Positions 62,085-64,000 of a stretch of DNA of 64,000 nucleotides are shown piece by piece (within the stretch, counting starts at the first letter, position 1; every line of letters begins with the position of its first letter). The translations under genes were made by a program, and so were the position numbers. Origin of the DNA: an uncultured Porphyromonadaceae bacterium (GTDB taxonomy: Bacteria; Bacteroidota; Bacteroidia; Bacteroidales; Muribaculaceae); contig CAMWLS010000005.1 in NCBI GenBank assembly GCA_947175205.1, positions 5,209-69,208 on the forward strand, in the 5' to 3' direction. Below the pieces are notes generated by a model. It ran no database searches, was not told where the DNA came from, and was given only the letters and a program-made list of their open reading frames with translations.

Positions 62085-62185
62085 AAAATTCAGTGCATTT
62101 CATATCAAAAATCGTGTATTGAATGAATTTTGATAGTGGTTACAACATTCTTTATATGCTGCCAGATAGTGAGGATTTAATTTTG
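62085..62185 (+). promoter_or_regulatory. susC promoter with paired candidate HTCS operator
   Basis: AAAATTCAGTGCAT (ends 62098) and AAAAATCGTGTAT (62107-62119), 21 nt apart; TAATTTTG at 62178-62185. Confidence 0.6.
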
Positions 62186-62238
62186 TGACAAAATTTTTCT
62201 AAAAAGATAATAATAATTCTCACTTAATCAATAATAAC

Positions 62239-64000
62239 ATGAAAAGAGCCATTCTCAGTGCAGTGTTGCTATTCTTTGTAGCAATCCTATCACAGGCACA
62301 GAACATAACTGTGCACGGGACGGTGCTATCAAATTCTGACGAGGAACCACTAATTGGAGCGTCAGTTATCTGCCCGTCCACCAACGCAGCTGTCTCCACA
62401 GACTTTGATGGGAACTTCACCATTTCAGTTCCTGAAGGAGCTACCCTGCGTTTTTCCTATGTTGGATACAATCCCAAAGAGTTACCCGCAACAGCTGACA
62501 TGACAGTGCGTCTTGAGGAAAACTCAGAGCTTCTGGATGAAGTTGTTGTTGTAGGCTATCAGGTAGTCCGTAAGGCAGACCTTACCGGTGCCGTTTCCGT
62601 AATGGACATGAAAGAGCCTCTGAGTGAAAACTCAGGCAACATCATGAACTCAATGGCCGGCAAACTTCCGGGCGTAAATGTGGTTCCTGATGCTGCTCCC
62701 GGCGGTACCGGTTCCATCCGTATACGCGGTATGTCAACAGCCAACTCAAGCAATGACCCGCTGTATATCATTGATGGTGTTCCCACTGACAATATAAACT
62801 GCATCAACCCCAGCGACATTGAAACCATGCAGGTGCTGAAGGATGCCGCCTCAGCCTCTATTTACGGTTCCCGTGCAGCCAACGGTGTTGTTGTCATCAC
62901 CACCAAGCACGGTAAGGGTGACCGCATGACCATCAATGTAAACTATGCTGCAAGTGCCCAGACAGTGGCCAAAAGATATAAAATGCTTGATGCTAACCAG
63001 TGGGGCGTTGCTTACTGGGCAGCTTCCAAGAATTCAAACATAGCTCCCTCTCATATTCTCTACGGTAACGGAGAAACTCCCGTGCTGCAGCCCTATGTGG
63101 ATGATAATACAAACTTCCCCACCACTAATACTGACTGGCAGGACCAGGTGTACCGCACCGCATGGACCAACAACCTCACCACTTCAATCTCCAACAACAC
63201 TGAGAAGGGCTCAGTACTGTTCTCACTCAACTATATAAACCAGAACGGTAACATCCAGGAAACTTTCTATGAGCGTTACTCAGCACGTGTGAACTCACGC
63301 TATGATTTTAACAAATATATCACAGTGGGTGAAAACCTCCTTGTGGCACGCTGGAAGAACCGTGGTGTTGATGTAGCCGGTGACCGCGGTATTCCCTTCA
63401 CTGCCATGAGCCAGCATCCCGCGCTGCCCGTAAGAGGCCTTGACGGCGCATGGACACGACCCCTTGAGCTTATTGCTTCTGACCTTGCAAACCCCGTGCA
63501 GCTTATTCACAATGCTAAAGATAATGACCTTGCCTCATGGCGTATTCTAAGTAATGCCTTTCTGGAAGTAAAGCCCATTGAAGGTCTGTCTCTGAAAACC
63601 AACATCGGTATTGAGCACAGCCAGTATTTCAACAACACTCTTGGCAGAGCAGTAAATCCCGGTGATGTAAACAGCGTATCCAGCGTATACGGCCAGGGAG
63701 ATACCTGGACATGGACAAACACAGCCAATTACTACAAGACATTTGCAGAGAAGCACCATCTTACAGTGTTACTTGGTACAGAAGCCATTGGCTACACATT
63801 CCGTGATGTTTCCGCATCTCGTGAAGGTTATGCCTTTGAGGATGCTGATTATATGCAGATTGGTGCCGGAACCGGAACCCGTAACAATGGGGGTGGCAAG
63901 ACCCAGTGGGCCGTTTTCTCACTCTTTGGTAAGGCTGACTATAATTATGCGGACCGCTACCTGGCGTCATTCACCATACGCCGTGATGAAAACTCACGCT
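62239..64000 (+). CDS. susC: SusC-family TonB-dependent transporter (truncated by window edge)
   Basis: Partly hand-translated from the ATG at 62239, and the frame is still open at the edge: LDEVVVVGY, DLTGAVS, PLYIIDGVP, LKDAASASIYGSRAANGVVVITTK. Confidence 0.95.
   Translation, partial: MKRAILSAVLLFFVAILSQAQNITVHGTVLSNSDEEPLIGASVICPSTNAAVSTDFDGNFTISVPEGATLRFSYVGYNPKELPATADMTVRLEENSELLDEVVVVGYQVVRKADLTGAVSVMDMKEPLSENSGNIMNSMAGKLPGVNVVPDAAPGGTGSIRIRGMSTANSSNDPLYIIDGVPTDNINCINPSDIETMQVLKDAASASIYGSRAANGVVVITTKHGKGDRMTINVNYAASAQTVAKRYKMLDANQWGVAYWAASKNSNIAPSHILYGNGETPVLQPYVDDNTNFPTTNTDWQDQVYRTAWTNNLTTSISNNTEKGSVLFSLNYINQNGNIQETFYERYSARVNSRYDFNKYITVGENLLVARWKNRGVDVAGDRGIPFTAMSQHPALPVRGLDGAWTRPLELIASDLANPVQLIHNAKDNDLASWRILSNAFLEVKPIEGLSLKTNIGIEHSQYFNNTLGRAVNPGDVNSVSSVYGQGDTWTWTNTANYYKTFAEKHHLTVLLGTEAIGYTFRDVSASREGYAFEDADYMQIGAGTGTRNNGGGKTQWAVFSLFGKADYNYADRYLASFTIRRDENSR

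Overview
A 64-kb chromosomal segment from a gut Bacteroidales bacterium. The order is supported by TAnnTTTG promoters, a SusC/HTCS locus and the porG-uppS-bamA-ompH-ompH synteny; Muribaculaceae is a guess. Most genes are housekeeping or niche functions: purE, ispG, rpoN, tdk, ribD, the bam operon, PFOR, rubrerythrin, trkAH, a Ca-ATPase, an E. coli-type 7-alpha-HSDH and a BT1754-type fructan PUL cut by the right edge. The main find is an AT-rich ~9-kb island (37.2-46.1 kb) encoding a probable RiPP system. It contains a transmembrane TPR-HTH regulator, a DUF3244-like protein, a 64-aa double-Gly-type precursor with a Cx3Cx2Cx2Cx2Cx2C core, a radical SAM/SPASM maturase, a TonB-receptor-like barrel, a C39 peptidase-ABC exporter and a 72-aa HlyD N-terminus-only protein. 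The left end carries an Actinobacteria-like FhaA-PstP-RodA signalling cluster with an enlarged SEDS protein, which the ORF track misses because it runs off the window. Other observations: a RelE-type toxin broken by a 1-nt deletion in a T6 slippery tract, a G-quadruplex-type intergenic tract, a T9SS-type cargo protein, and a paired operator motif 59 nt upstream of both fructan-PUL promoters. No rRNA, tRNA, CRISPR array, integrase or transposase was seen. Family names come from motif recognition, not database searches.
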